Shown here: positions 1 through 12,080 of the stretch, one piece after another | How the letters are laid out: every line of letters begins with the position of its first letter | Numbering within the stretch: position 1 is the first letter of the stretch | Source: Phyllobates terribilis | Lineage: Eukaryota | Direction of reading: 5' to 3' | Assembly: GCF_046119375.1 (NCBI RefSeq) | Contig: NW_027362796.1 | Coordinates: forward strand, 10,726,001 to 10,790,000 | DNA: 64,000 nucleotides | The notes under the pieces: model-generated | Seen by the model: only the letters and a program-made list of their open reading frames with translations | Databases searched by the model: none | Told to the model about the DNA's origin: nothing | Made by a program: the position numbers and the translations under genes

Positions 1-2518
1 AAGTGCGGAAGGAGTAGCCCCCGACCCTGACAAGGTCACGGCAATCAAGAGCTGGCCAAGCCCCTCGAACATCAAAGAGGTGAGACAGTTTCTCGGGTTG
101 GTAGGCTACTACCGAAGGTTCATCCCCGGGTTCACTAAGATGGCAGCTCCTATGCAGGACCTCCTGAACGGACAGTCTAAGTCCAGGAGTCAAAAGCCAC
201 CCTTCAAGTGGGATAAACCGGAAGAGGAGTCCTTCCGCCAGCTAAAGATGGCCCTCAAGGGGGATGAGATCCTGGCCTACCCTGATTACGGCCAGCCTTT
301 CATTCTCCACACAGATGCCAGTAATGTGGGACTGGGAGCCGTACTGCCGTACTGTCCCAAAACCAACAGGCCAGAGAACGGGTGATCGCATACGCCAGTC
401 GGAAGCTGAGGCCCACCGAGAGGAACCCGGAGAATTACAGCTCCTTCAAGCTAGAATTCTTGGCGGTGGTGTGGGCCGTGATGGAACGCTTCAAGCATTA
501 CCTGGCCTCCGCAAAGTTCACCGTGTACACGGACAACAACCCGTTGACACACCTGGACAATGCAAGACTGGGTGCCCTGGAACAGCGGTGGATGGCCCGT
601 CTCTCCAACTATGAATTCACCATCAAGTACCGGGCAGGCAAAACCAACGCGAACGCCCTATCAAGGATGCCTCACTTACCTGAAGGTGACGAGGACCCAG
701 AAGAGCTGGAGGAGGTAGAACTCCCCGCGTTTCACCGGTATGGAGACGCTCAACACTCTCACCGCGTGAAGGAGGAGGATCTAACAACTGTGATGATGAA
801 TCCCCTACCTCACCACAGCTGGGCCAAGACCCAAGATAGTGACCCTGCAGTCCGCCTGGTGAAAGATCTGCTGACCCGGGAGGACGCCCGCCTAGATCCA
901 GATGCCCCAGAGGAAGCCAAGCAGCTATGGAAGGAGAAGAGCAAGCTGTTCCTCTACGAAGGCAAGTTGTGCAGAAGGATTGTTAACCACCGGACGCACG
1001 AGCTGACCTGGCAAGTCGTGGTCCCAAGGCGAGATGCAGCTATGGTCCTTGGGGCTTACCATGACAGAGCGGGGCACTTCGGTTGGAAGAAACTGGAGTT
1101 CCTGCTAAGAGGAAGATTCTTTTGGGTCGGCATGAGAGGAGCAGTAGAAAAGTGGTGCAGAGACTGTGGCCCTTGTCACCTGAGGAGGAAGGACCGCACC
1201 AGCCAGAAGACACCCTTGAGGCCCATCATCACCACGCAGCCTCTTGAGCTGGTAGCTCTGGACCACGTCAAATTGGCTCCCAGCCGGTCAGGATACATCT
1301 ATGCCCTGACAATCGTGGACCACTATTCCCGTTTTCTAGTGGTGGTCAACGGTAAAGGACTTGACAGCCCAAACAGCGGCCAGAGACTTCCAGCAATACT
1401 TCTGCCGTCCACACGGGTATCCGGAACAGGTCCTGACAGACCAGGGTCCAGCGTTTGAAGCTGAAATCTTCCAGGAGTTCTGCAACCTCTATGGCTGTAA
1501 GAAGATTCGTACAACGCCTTACCACCCCCAAACCAACGGGATGTGTGAGAAGATGAACAATATAGTCATTGATCTCCTGAAGACGTTGCCCCTGGAGGAA
1601 CGCAGCCTGTGGCCAGAAAAACTGCCGGACCTGATAGACCTATACAACAATATCCCGGTGAATGCTACAAACTGCACCCCGGCTTACCTGATGCGAGCTA
1701 GACCAGGTAAGCTGCCCGTAGACCTGGAGATGGGAGTCCTAATACCTGAGGACACCTCCCCGGATGCGGACTGGGATACGGAAAGGCAACTGCAGTACAA
1801 GAAGGTACAGGAGAGTGTGGAGAAGAGCCTGGCCCAGGTGAGAGAGAGGCAAGAAAAACTCTTCAATCAACACGCCCCTGCTGGTCCCCTAGAACCTGGT
1901 GAGCAAGTCCTAAAGCGGAAGAGAAGGCTACATAAGTTGGACGACCAGTGGGAAAGGGAACCCTACACCGTACTGCAGTCTGATCACGACAACCCGAAGG
2001 TGTGCGTAATCACCAAGGACGGAGGAGAAACCACTAGTGTCGTCTCCAGAGACCACCTCAAAAGGTGCCCCGAGCAACTCCGTAGTGCAGAAGAGGATCA
2101 GAGTGACCTTGAACCCGCAGAGGACAAGGAAGAAATGATCAGCACCGTTCTCGGAGAGTTCCCTCAGTCCTGGACTCGCATAAATGATGCCATAGTGGTA
2201 CCCGTCCTGCATTTCCTGCAACCGGTCCAGCAACAACCAACACCAGAGCCGGAAGGTGAAGAGGAGCAAGCGGTTCCAGAGGCAGAAGAGCCTGTTCCAG
2301 CAGCCCAGGAGAGTCAACCCTCTGCTGACAGTGAGCCTGCCATGCCTACGGTAAGCCAAAGAACCCGCAGACAGCTGCCTGCCCTACCTGTACACCCAGC
2401 TGGTAGCTGTACCCCTAACGCTAGTGGGGAAAGCCAGGTTGGTCCACCACCAGACAGTGGGCTACGTAGGTCAACCAGGAGCACAAAGGGACAGATACCC
2501 GCTCGCTGGAGAATATAG
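1..2518 (+). pseudogene. pol: Gypsy pol, frameshifted (split over ORFs 80-385, 382-1458, 1361-2518)
   Basis: Consecutive pol domains sit in different frames. A local duplication CCGTACTG-CCGTACTG near 340-355 marks one break; the second frame change is near 1350. Confidence 0.9.
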
Positions 2519-2904
2519 AGTGTACTAAAATTGTAAATAACCCTGTTGCAAAATGTTGAAATGTTTGTAAAGTTACCTGCATGTTTAATAATAGTGTGTT
2601 TCAGTTTCTTGCAGCTACTGTAAGGACTCAAAGGTTATGGACTTTTTATAACCGGGACCTTGTATGGACTGCGTTCGGAGCTTAACCCAGGAATGAACTA
2701 AGACTGTGAAGGACTTGGGGTAGGACAGACCCCCACCTGGTTAAGGCTCCCCGTTGTGCTGGTGATATGGACACCCGGTCACAGGCCACACTGTGACCTT
2801 AAGAACTCAATTTGTGCGTCGTCTGTCTATTAATGTTTTATTGTTATGCATATTGTCTTTGTTTATTGTTTAGTCCCGGAGTACTAAATTTCACTAGGGG
2901 GGAA

Positions 2905-3941
2905 TGTGTCACCCTGACCTGGATGCCACAAGTGTAATTAAAGCTGTGTCTGAGAGCAAGGGGGAGGTTCTCTAGTCAGGGGAACATTAGCATGCAATGC
3001 CTCCTGTCTCAGGCCAGTAGGGGGAGCTGGCTGCCCCTATAAAAGCTGGTACTGAGGGCAGGGTTAGAGAGAACTGGACGACCTGCCTCAGCACTGAGAG
3101 GTGTCCCAGAGCAGAGAGGGACAGTTGTGTTGCACCTAAGAGGAAGTGTGGCAGGAGGAGAGCCACAAGCCAGAGACAAGAGGCGAAGAGAGCCTGTCTT
3201 GGCAGAGAAAAGACTTAATTTTACCAGACTTTGGTGTCTGAGGCTGGAAGGATTCCACATCCCCCAGCAGAGAACCAGTCCGCAAGGGACTGTACATTCC
3301 TTGGCCTAAGAAGCCTGGAGGCCCTGCCACAACCGAAGGGACCAGTAAAGCCGTACAAGGCTGGGAGCAGAAAGGAACCCACGTTGCAGGCCATACAGGC
3401 GAGAATACACGGAAAGCTCGGAAACGTGGGCTGTTACCCTATCAGGAGGAGATAGCCAGAAGGAGCGCAGAAAGCACGGTAGGCCTACACCCTCACCCTG
3501 ACCAGGGCCAATTTCCCCGTTGCTCTCAGACATCCAGGTCCCCTCCTAGCCGGGACTGTTTGTGGGTCAGTTTACCTGTTTAGTAAAGACCCTGGACTGC
3601 AACCTGTTGTCTGTGTGCTCCTTGTTCCTCCAGCACTATCAGCACTGGGACTCTCACTACCATCACTCCCACCATCCACTATACTGCCCTAGGGCCGCAC
3701 TCTTCCCGTGGGGAGTCACACTACCCTAGCTGCACACCTCATCAGCCCCAGCGGTCTGCATGCAGCGGCGGTTCCTAATAACCACAAATCCACGGGTGGC
3801 GTAGTCGGACATAAACATCAGCACATAACGGACTACCACTGGCCTGACCACCCTGAGCCACGGAACCGGGTTTCCACTACTACTCCCACCGTTCCCCCTG
3901 TTGCCCGGATCCGAGTGCCCCACGGCCCAGGGGGCGAGTCA
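2905..3941 (+). repeat. 3' LTR of the Gypsy element (TG...CA, ~1.04 kb)
   Basis: Starts TGTGTCACCCTGA right after the PPT and ends GGCGAGTCA. TATA-like CCTATAAAAG near 3036 and AGTAAA near 3582. Its 3' third aligns with the TSD-bounded solo LTRs at 21278-22491 and 42389-43573. Confidence 0.8.
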
Positions 3942-4290
3942 TACACACACGGCTCCGCTCTGTACACCTCGTACACACACGGCTCCGCTCTGTACACCTT
4001 GTACACACACGGCTCCGCTCTGTACACCTTGTACACACACGGCTCCGCTCCGTACGCCTCGTACACACATGGCTCCGCTCCGTATGCCTCGTACACACGC
4101 AGCTCCGCTCCGCACACCTCGTACACACACAGCTCCGCTCCGTACACCTCGTACACACGCGGCTCCTCTCCGTTCACCTCGTACACACGTGGCTCCGCTC
4201 CGTACACCTCGTACACACACGGCTCCGCTCTGTACACCTTGTACACACACGGCTCCGCTCCGTACACCTCGTACGCACGCGGCTCTGCTA
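3942..4290. repeat. 30-bp CpG-rich minisatellite (consensus ~GTACACCTCGTACACACGCGGCTCCGCTCC), ~12 units
   Basis: Period-30 repeats are directly visible and start immediately after the LTR end. Confidence 0.95.
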
Positions 4291-4462
4291 CATCCACACT
4301 GTAAACCCCTCCTGACCCCACACATAAACTTCAGCTCATCCAGCACCATGACAACCAGCACAGCAGAGTCCTGCATCCACTGAGGCCCCTGATCATGTGA
4401 CCCCTGACTCCTCCCCTCCTGTGACCTCATCACAGGTCCTGTGCCCACAGAGCAGCCATATA

Positions 4463-4572
4463 TGTGGTGGCGGCTCTGCAGGTGGAGGTATGTGGTGGCG
4501 GCTCTGCAGGTGGAGGTATGTGGTGGTGGCTCTGCAGGTGGAGGTTTGTGGTGGCGGCTCTGCAGGTGGAGG
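4463..4572. repeat. 28-bp tandem repeat TGTGGTGGCGGCTCTGCAGGTGGAGGTA, ~4 units
   Basis: Directly visible; only one unit is present in the inverted paralog at ~55165-55195. Confidence 0.9.
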
Positions 4573-5029
4573 TCGGTGCCGTCTCCATTACTCTCTAGCA
4601 GGATTCGGCTTTGGTCTCTTGGACGTCGTCTTCTGCTCGTGTTCTTCATGTAATGAAGGATCCTCCAGACGTCTCCAGCAGCCGCTCCCTGGATCACACG
4701 CAGCACATTGAGGCCATTAGTGAATGATCCTTTTCCTTTTCTCGTTAATGTGAAGAAATGAGTTTGTTGTGAAATCGCCCAGAAGTGAGAATCTCCCTAA
4801 TAACAGACGGAGTCCTGTGACCCCACTATAACACATGTCTCCAGCCTCAGAGCAGAGCGTGGCCTGACAGGACTTTGGGGTCTTATCTGCTGTTTCAGGT
4901 CACTTCTTCTAACTGTTTTAGAAACCTGAAGGGGTTAAAAGAAGTTGAAAAAACTGAACATGTGAACAGCGAGTTGTTTTTACATCATTATCTTCCATCT
5001 TCTAGAAAATTTACCTTAAACCTTAGTGG

Positions 5030-5107
5030 ATGGATAAGGACAAGAAGAAGATGGCGGAGAGGATATTACACCTCACCCTAGAGATCCTCTTCCGGCTTAC
5101 TGGAGAG
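5030..5107 (+). CDS. KRAB-like C2H2 zinc-finger gene, first coding exon (MDKDKKKMAERILHLTLEILFRLTGE)
   Basis: AG acceptor at 5004-5005, ATG at 5030, GT donor at 5108, phase 0. The peptide is typical of frog oocyte/gastrula zinc-finger proteins. Confidence 0.8.
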
Positions 5108-5236
5108 GTGAGAGATTCTGATGACGTCACATTACATCATTCTTATCTATGGGAATAACAGATGGACAGAACTGGAGAGGTGAGGACTCTGGTAATGTCT
5201 GGAGGGAGATTTATTAATGTGTCTCTCCATAACCAG

Positions 5237-5416
5237 GATTACACCGTAGTGAAGAAGACCTCTAGTGAGCGCTGTCAGGACCCTGTGTCTGAGGGATGGG
5301 GAAGACCCCTGAGCCCAATCACAAGGCCTCCACCTCACCCCCTGATAAATGAGGACATCAATGACCAGAAGATCCTAGAACTCACCTACAAGATGATTGA
5401 GCTGCTGACTGGAGAG
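5237..5416 (+). CDS. ZNF gene coding exon 2 (DYTVVKKTSS...KMIELLTGE)
   Basis: CCAG acceptor and GT donor at 5417; 180 nt, phase 0-0, open frame. Confidence 0.85.
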
Positions 5417-5491
5417 GTGACACTGCTGGGACATTATACAGTAATGCTATGAAGGGATCGGGGGGGATGACGGTATCATTGTATGTGTCAG

Positions 5492-5615
5492 GTTCCTATA
5501 AGGTGTCAGGATGTCGCCGTCTATTTCTCCATGGAGGAGTGGGAGTATTTAGAAGGACACAAAGATCTGTACAAGGACGTCATGATGGAGGTTCCCCAGC
5601 CCCTCACATCACCAG
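5492..5615 (+). CDS. ZNF gene coding exon 3, KRAB-A-like box ([33 protein letters not shown])
   Basis: Matches the KRAB-A pattern DV.V.FS.EEW..L....LY..VM.E; AG/GT boundaries; 124 nt, ends in phase 1. Confidence 0.9.
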
Positions 5616-5700
5616 GTAATAGACAGGACTAAACACACACACGGCCTATAATTATCTGTATGTAAAGAATGAATTCAGTCCCTGTATGTGTTTCCTCCAG

Positions 5701-5798
5701 ATCTATCCAGTAAGAGGACAACACCAGAGAGATGTCCCTGTCCTCTTCTTCCACAGGAATGTAAACAAGAAGATCCCAATTTTCTTCAGGATCATCAG
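5701..5798 (+). CDS. ZNF gene coding exon 4 (LSSKRTTPERCPCPLLPQECKQEDPNFLQDHQ)
   Basis: TTTCCTCCAG acceptor and GT at 5799; 98 nt, phase 1-0, open. Confidence 0.85.
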
Positions 5799-5996
5799 GT
5801 AGATGGAGATAAGATGTCATGAGATCTCCCCTATGATGTGTAGACGGCTGTGAAGGTCTTGTGCTCAGTCTTGTTTTATCCACTAGTATTATATGGTTTA
5901 TACTTGTGTAATGAGAACGGTGGAGATGGCAGGATTAGAGCTGATCATAGATGGGACTTCTCCATCTGTCTGTGACTTTTACAATATTTGTTTCAG

Positions 5997-6087
5997 GGTG
6001 AAGATCTGACCCATACTAATACCACAGAGACATATGTGAGGGATGATGAGTGGTGTAAAGAGGAGATTCCTACATATGACCACCCAG
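5997..6087 (+). CDS. ZNF gene coding exon 5 (GEDLTHTNTTETYVRDDEWCKEEIPTYDHP)
   Basis: TTTCAG acceptor and GTGAGT donor at 6088; 91 nt, ends in phase 1, matching the terminal exon. Confidence 0.85.
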
Positions 6088-8292
6088 GTGAGTAGTGACC
6101 ACTAAATGCAGAGAAGTCACAGATCCTGTGGTCATTATATTATGAGTTTGATCACACAATTAATTGACGTGCATTTTACTTGCAGATAGATTTGATGCAT
6201 AACAAAAAAGCTTTTTTTTTACACCTTCTTTGATTAACGCATTTTGGTAGCAAAGTTTCAGTGGTTAAATGTAATTGTATTTGCTGCAGAAAGGCGCCAT
6301 GTCTCCAATTGTAATATAGTTGTGAGTTGCCAGATTACAGCTGAATGTCAAGACGAGAGCCGGGCCACACACAGAAGTCAGGCAGGTGGATATCTAAGCT
6401 GGAGAAGCCAAGGTCAATATCTAGCAGCAGTACACGTCCCGGAAGGACAGTCAAGTGAAAAGCCAAACCGTTTTGAGGTCAAGAAGAAGTATGTAGTCCG
6501 ATCAGGAAAGGGTTTATAAGTAAAGATGCGTGAACTTGTTCGGAAAACGTCCGCCAATCTCAAAGTCGACACGAACATGGCACATTCAGATTCGTGGTCG
6601 GACCCCCGCGCATTTTCCTCAAAATCGGCAAAATTCGGCCAAAGTTTGGTAAATGATAGAGTTTCCACTAATGCTTTTGTTAGGACTTTGTCTAGGATAG
6701 TGGTTCTGTATGATGTGTGGGGATGACATGTTTGATGAGGGGAGAGGAGCGGCAGACTGTTATCCATTTTTTTTGTTGTTTATTAACTTAATGTGTGGAG
6801 ATTCCAGCAGCCAATCAGGGTGCAGAAACCATCCACAACGTCCAGAAACAAGGGCTTGTGTCATTGGCTGCCGAAGCCACATGTCCCTCACCATATAAAA
6901 AGCAGACATGTGGCTTTGGCGCTATTTTGTCAGTGTAACAGCATAGTGAGGCTGCTGCTGGAAGTAGTCATTTCGTTAGCTAGGCGGTTTTTTGTCAGCT
7001 AGTTCAGATGGATAGGATCTTGTGTCAAATCGACCTTCCAGCAGATCAATCCTTTGTGCTAGTTGTGTGGTCCGAACAACAGTCCACAGTTCAGCAGATC
7101 AATCCTTTGTGCTAATTGTGTGGTCCAGCCAGCAGTCCACATTTCCGCTTCTAAATCCTTTGTGCTAATTGTGTGGTCCAGACAGCAGTCCACATTTCAG
7201 CATTTAAATCATTTGTGCTAATTCTGTGGTCTAGCCACACTATCTCAGCAAATAAATACTGATTGTTATTTTAGTGACAGGTGACTGACAGGTCTGGGTC
7301 TAGGGTTGTGAAACAGCTGGTTAAAAGAGGGGAAGGGTACATCCAACATGAGTGGGGAAAGCAAGGTCGTGGTGGAAGGGGGAATAGGCTTGGTGTTCGA
7401 GGTGTATGTGTATCCAAAGACAACTGACAACTTCTGTTACTGGACGGACTACTCCACTCCCTTTCTTTGGCAGTCGCACAGCAATGCGCCTTGTAGACCA
7501 GGCCAGAAAGAGCATGTGCTCCAATAGATGGCAAGCACTGCATCAAGTGTCCTCTTCCTCCACCTTAACATCACACACAGTACAATCCTCAGACATGGCA
7601 CCCCAATTATCCTTGTTTCCCCCCACGTCACAACTCTTCAACCGTCCAACTGACTGTCCGAAACCACAGATGGGTGAGTCTGCAGAGCTGTTCACACATT
7701 CAATTCCATGGGCATCAGAGGTCTGCTCCAAAGGTTTACAGACTCAAGAGGAGGAAAGCATCTGCACTGATGCCCAAATTATTTTTCAGTTGGATCCGGG
7801 GCCGAACGAAGTAGGGTCCAAGCAGAATCCAGGCCCTCGTCACCAGACGTTAACCCCTGGGGGTGGAGGTGATCCTGATGAGTACGGACTGTACTGTGCT
7901 GTCAGGGCAGGAAGAAGAGGAGGGTGACTCTCGGGGCAAGGAGTGGGAGAATAGAATGGATAATGATGAGGTTCTAGATCCTAATTGGTGTAAACCCAGA
8001 GGCACACAGCTGAGTAGTTCAGCAGAGATGATGGAGGAGGAGGAAGACGAGGAGATTACCTTGTAGCTTCAGGCACAGACACGGAGTGGTGCAATCACGA
8101 CAAACACTGCATCCTCAGCCACAGCTCTGGCTGTGGCCAGCAGTAGTCGCGGGTCTGCAGTTTGCAGGGGCAGCAAGGGTTGCCTATCCTGGGCCTTTTT
8201 TGAGACCTCAAAGGATGACCAAACTCACGTTATCTGCCAACTTTGTAAAAAAACAATTCAGTTGAGGCAAAAATTCCAATAATTTGACTACT

Positions 8293-11200
8293 ATAATAAT
8301 AATAATTTAATAATTTTTATTTATATAGCGCCAACATATTCCGCAGCACTTTACAATTAAGCGGGGGCATGTACAGACCATAAATTCAATACAATTTAAG
8401 ACAGTTTAAACAATTACATTAGGAGTGAGGTCCCTGCTCGCAAGCCTACATTCTACAAGGAAATGGGCAGACACTATGTGAAAAGTGCTTCTTATTTCAG
8501 GTCTGTCAATTATAATAAATAGGGATTTTCATATAAAGCTGTATGATCCGGTCATGCCAGTATGTTTAAGTTCAATACTCAAGTACCGAGTAGGGAGCAG
8601 ATTCTGAAAAATATTTAGAAGGAGGGAACAGGGGAAAGTTAGTTTACTGAGTAGTTAAGGTGGTGGGCTTGTTTAAATAGATGGGTTTTTAAAGCGCGCT
8701 TGAAGACATGGGGGCTAGGCATCAGTCGGATCGCCTGGGGTAGTGCATTCCAGAGGACTGGTGCAGTGCAAGAGAAGTCTTGGAGACTTAGGTGGGAGGT
8801 TCGGATTATGAGGGATGTTAGTCTTAGGTCATTTGTAGAATGGAGGGCACGTGTAGGGCGATAGGCAGAGATGAGAGAGGAGATATAAGGCGGTGCAGAA
8901 CTGTGGAGAGCTTTGTGGGTGAGAGCGATGAGTTTATATTGGACCCTGTAGCGGATGGGCAACCAGTGTAAAAACTGGCACAAGATGGAGGCATCGGTGA
9001 AGAGGCTCGACAGAAATACGACCCTGGCTGCCGCATTCAGGACGGATTGGAGAGGAGAAAGTTTGGTAAGAGGGAGACCGATCAGAAGAGGTGTTGCAGT
9101 GGTCCAGACGAGAGTGAATAAGAGTGACAGAGTTTTAGCAGTTTGAAAGGTGAGAAAAGGTCGGATTCTGGAGATGTTTTTAAGATGCAGGTGACAAGAT
9201 CAAGTGAGTGATCGGATATGGGGAGTAAAGGAAAGGATAGTGTCGAATATGACCCCAAGACAGCAGGCGTGCTGCTTGGGAGTTATGGTTGAACCCTCCA
9301 AGGTAATTTCAATGTTAGGTATAGGTAGGTTAGTAGAGGGGATAAACACAAGAAGTTCAGTTTTAGAGAGATTCAGTTTAAGATAGAGGGAGGACATGAT
9401 GTTAGAGACAGTGGACAGACAATCCTTGGTATTTTGTATTAGGGTATGGGTGATGTCAGGTGAAGAGGTGTATAGTTAGGTTTCGTCAGCATAGAGATGA
9501 TACTAGAACCCAAATCTGCTGATTGTTTTTTCAATAGGGGCAGTGTATAGAGAGAAGAGGAGGGGGCCTAGGACTGAGCCCTGCGGGACCCCGATAGTAA
9601 GGGGATGAGGAGAGGAAGAGGAGCCGGCAAAAGATACCGTGAAGGAATGGTCAAAGAGGTAGGAGGAGAACCAGGAGAGAACGGTGTCCTTGAGGCCAAT
9701 AGAGTGGAGCATAGTGAGGAGGAGCTGGTGATTCACAGTGTCAAATGCAGCAGAGAGATCCAGGAGAATCAGCAGGAAGCAGTGACCTTTGGATTTAGCT
9801 GTTAGTAGATCATTAGAGACTTTAGTTAGGGCAGTTTCAGTGGAGTGTAAGGAGCGTAAACCAGATTGTAGAGGGTCGAGGAGAGAGTTATCTGAGAGAT
9901 AGCGGATTAGACGGGAGTGAACCAAGCGTTCCAGGAGTTTAGAGATGAAAGGAAGATTAGAGACAGGTCTGTAGTTAGCAGCGCAGTTCTGGTCCAGGTA
10001 TGGCTTTTTAAGTAAAGGGGTTATGATGGCATGTTTAAATGAGGAGGGAAAAATACCTGAAGAAAGAGAGAGGTTAAATATTTTAGTCAGGTGAGTGGTG
10101 ACCACCGGTGAGAGAGACTGCAGGAGATGTGAAGGAATGGAGTCACTGTTGCAGGTTGTAGGTCGAGAAGAAGTGAGGAGCTGGGTAACTTCTTCTTCTG
10201 TAACAGGCTCAAAGATGGCTAGTGAGCTTGAAGTGCGGCAGGGATTCTTCTTCTGTAACAGGCTCAAAGATGGCTAGTGAGCTTGAAGTGCGGCAGGGAA
10301 GGGGAACCAGGCACTGAGGAGATTGGGCTGAGATGTCCTGATGGATGTGGTTGATTTTTTTTCTAGGAAATAAATGGCCAGATCCTCACTGCTGAGGTTG
10401 GTGGTGGGGGCTTGTGCTTTAGGTTTCAGCAGGGAGTTTAAGGTTTCAAAAAGTCGTTTTGGATTGTTGGACAGTGAAGTGATGAGAGTGGTGAAGTAGG
10501 ATTGTTTGGCCAGAAGAAGGGCAGAGTTATAGGTTTTGAGCATGAATTTATAGTGGATGAAGTCCTCTGCTAAAAGATTTTCTCCACTGACGCTCAGCAC
10601 ACCTTGAGCAACGCTGAAGAAAGTGTGTTTGCATTGTGTGCCAGGGCTGCCTTTGTCTGTGTTGGGTCTTTCTGTGTGTAGAAGGTGCTGCTTCATCTAG
10701 GGCGCTCTTCAGTGTATTATTGTAGTGTGACAATGCTAAGTCCGGGCAGGAGAGGGAGGAGATGGGGGCTAAAGATGTGTGGAGATTGTCCATAAGCTGC
10801 TGGGTATTAATGGTACGTGTATTCCTATAAGTGTGGTAAGTGGGGGTGTCCCGGGTGAGGAGACAGTTCTTGACAGAGAAGGAAAGAAGGTTGTGGTCCG
10901 AGAGCGGGAGAGGGGAGTTATTAAAGTCATGCAGCGAGCAGAGACGGGAGAAGACCAGGTCCAGAGTATTTCTGTCTTCATGCGTAGGAGAATTAGGTAA
11001 TTGTGAGAGGCCGAATGAGGAGGTTAGAGAAAGTAGATGAGAGGCAGATTGGGAGAGGGGATCATTGATGGGGATATTAAATCTCCCATGATGATGGTGA
11101 GGATGTCACAGGATAGAAAGTGAGGAAGCCAGGTGGCAAAGTGATCTAGGAAATGGCGGGAGGAGCCTGGAGAGCAATACACAACCGCCACTCGCAGGGA

Positions 11201-12080
11201 GAAGGGTTTGAAGAGTCTGATGGTGTGCACTTCAAAGGAAGGAAACATAAGTGAGGGAACTGGGGGGATGACCGGGAAAGCACATTGTGGTGAAATCAGA
11301 CCAACACCTCCACCCTGTCTATTCTCAGGTCTGGCGGTATGTGACAATTTCAGCCCACCAAATGAGAGAGCAGCAGCTGCGGTGGTGTCTGAATGCTGGA
11401 TCCAGGTTTCAGTAATAGCCAGAAGGTTAAGGGAATTAGAGAGGAAAAAATTGTGAGTGTAAGTTAGTTTGTTACACACAGACTGTGCATTCCAGAGAAC
11501 ACAGTGGAAAGCAATAGAAGAGGGCATGCACTGAATGTTAATAAGGTTAGCAGGGTTTCTATAGGCAGCTGGAGGAGAGTGGTGTATGCTAGTGGAGGGA
11601 GGCCCAAGATTGGGGGAGATGTCGCCAGCGACTAGTAGAGGGAGAAAAGAGCGAAGGTGGTGCAATGATTTGTATGAACGTTTTGAGTGCTGTATGGAGG
11701 TATGGAGATAGTGGATGGTTTGGAGTGGGTGAGAAAGGTCAGTAGAGCCTCAGTGTTATACATGGTAGAGGGGAGAGAGGAGGAGTTGATATGCAGAGAG
11801 TGCACAGAATGTGTTTAAAGGGCGGGCGAGATGTGAGAAAGCAGAGGTTAAAACAAGTAAGAAGCTGATTGCTATGACGAATGCATAATGCAATACAACT
11901 GATCAAGAAGCAGCATGTATGTATGAATATCTCATGCACCTTACCTGTCTCCTGCCCTGTCTAACTGCTGTTGTATAACTGCTTATTAAAAGCACTTTAA
12001 GCTATTGCACTTAAAGTCTGTTGCACGTGTGACCTAGCATGCGTGCTATCCTGAGCCAGAGCTGAATATATGTATGAACT
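8293..12080 (-). mobile_element. L2-clade LINE, near full-length ORF2 (APE endonuclease + RT), degenerate
   Basis: Endonuclease motifs (LWNAQSV, LAITETW, IIMGD) and RT motifs ([45 protein letters not shown]); short-repeat (TTA/ATT)n 3' tail at ~8293. The 5' boundary is approximate. Confidence 0.93.

Larger units (their letters stand above)
1..3941 (+). mobile_element. Ty3/Gypsy LTR retrotransposon, 3' part (RT end, RNase H, integrase, PPT, 3' LTR); 5' part lies outside the window
   Basis: RT/RNaseH motifs ([41 protein letters not shown]) and integrase (HDRAGHFG...CGPC zinc finger, ELVALD, VLTDQG, TTPYHPQTNGMCE). PPT CTAGGGGGGAA ends at 2904, followed by an LTR starting TG at 2905. Confidence 0.95.

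Noticed and set aside
2905-3720. Shorter LTR ending at GAGTCACA (3720), which also gives TGTG...CACA ends
   Set aside because: Homology to the TSD-bounded solo LTRs runs through 3720 and on to 3941.
5162-5452. ORF-track start MDRTGEVRTL as the gene's N-terminus
   Set aside because: It begins in intron 1; the real exon is 5237-5416, bounded by AG and GT.
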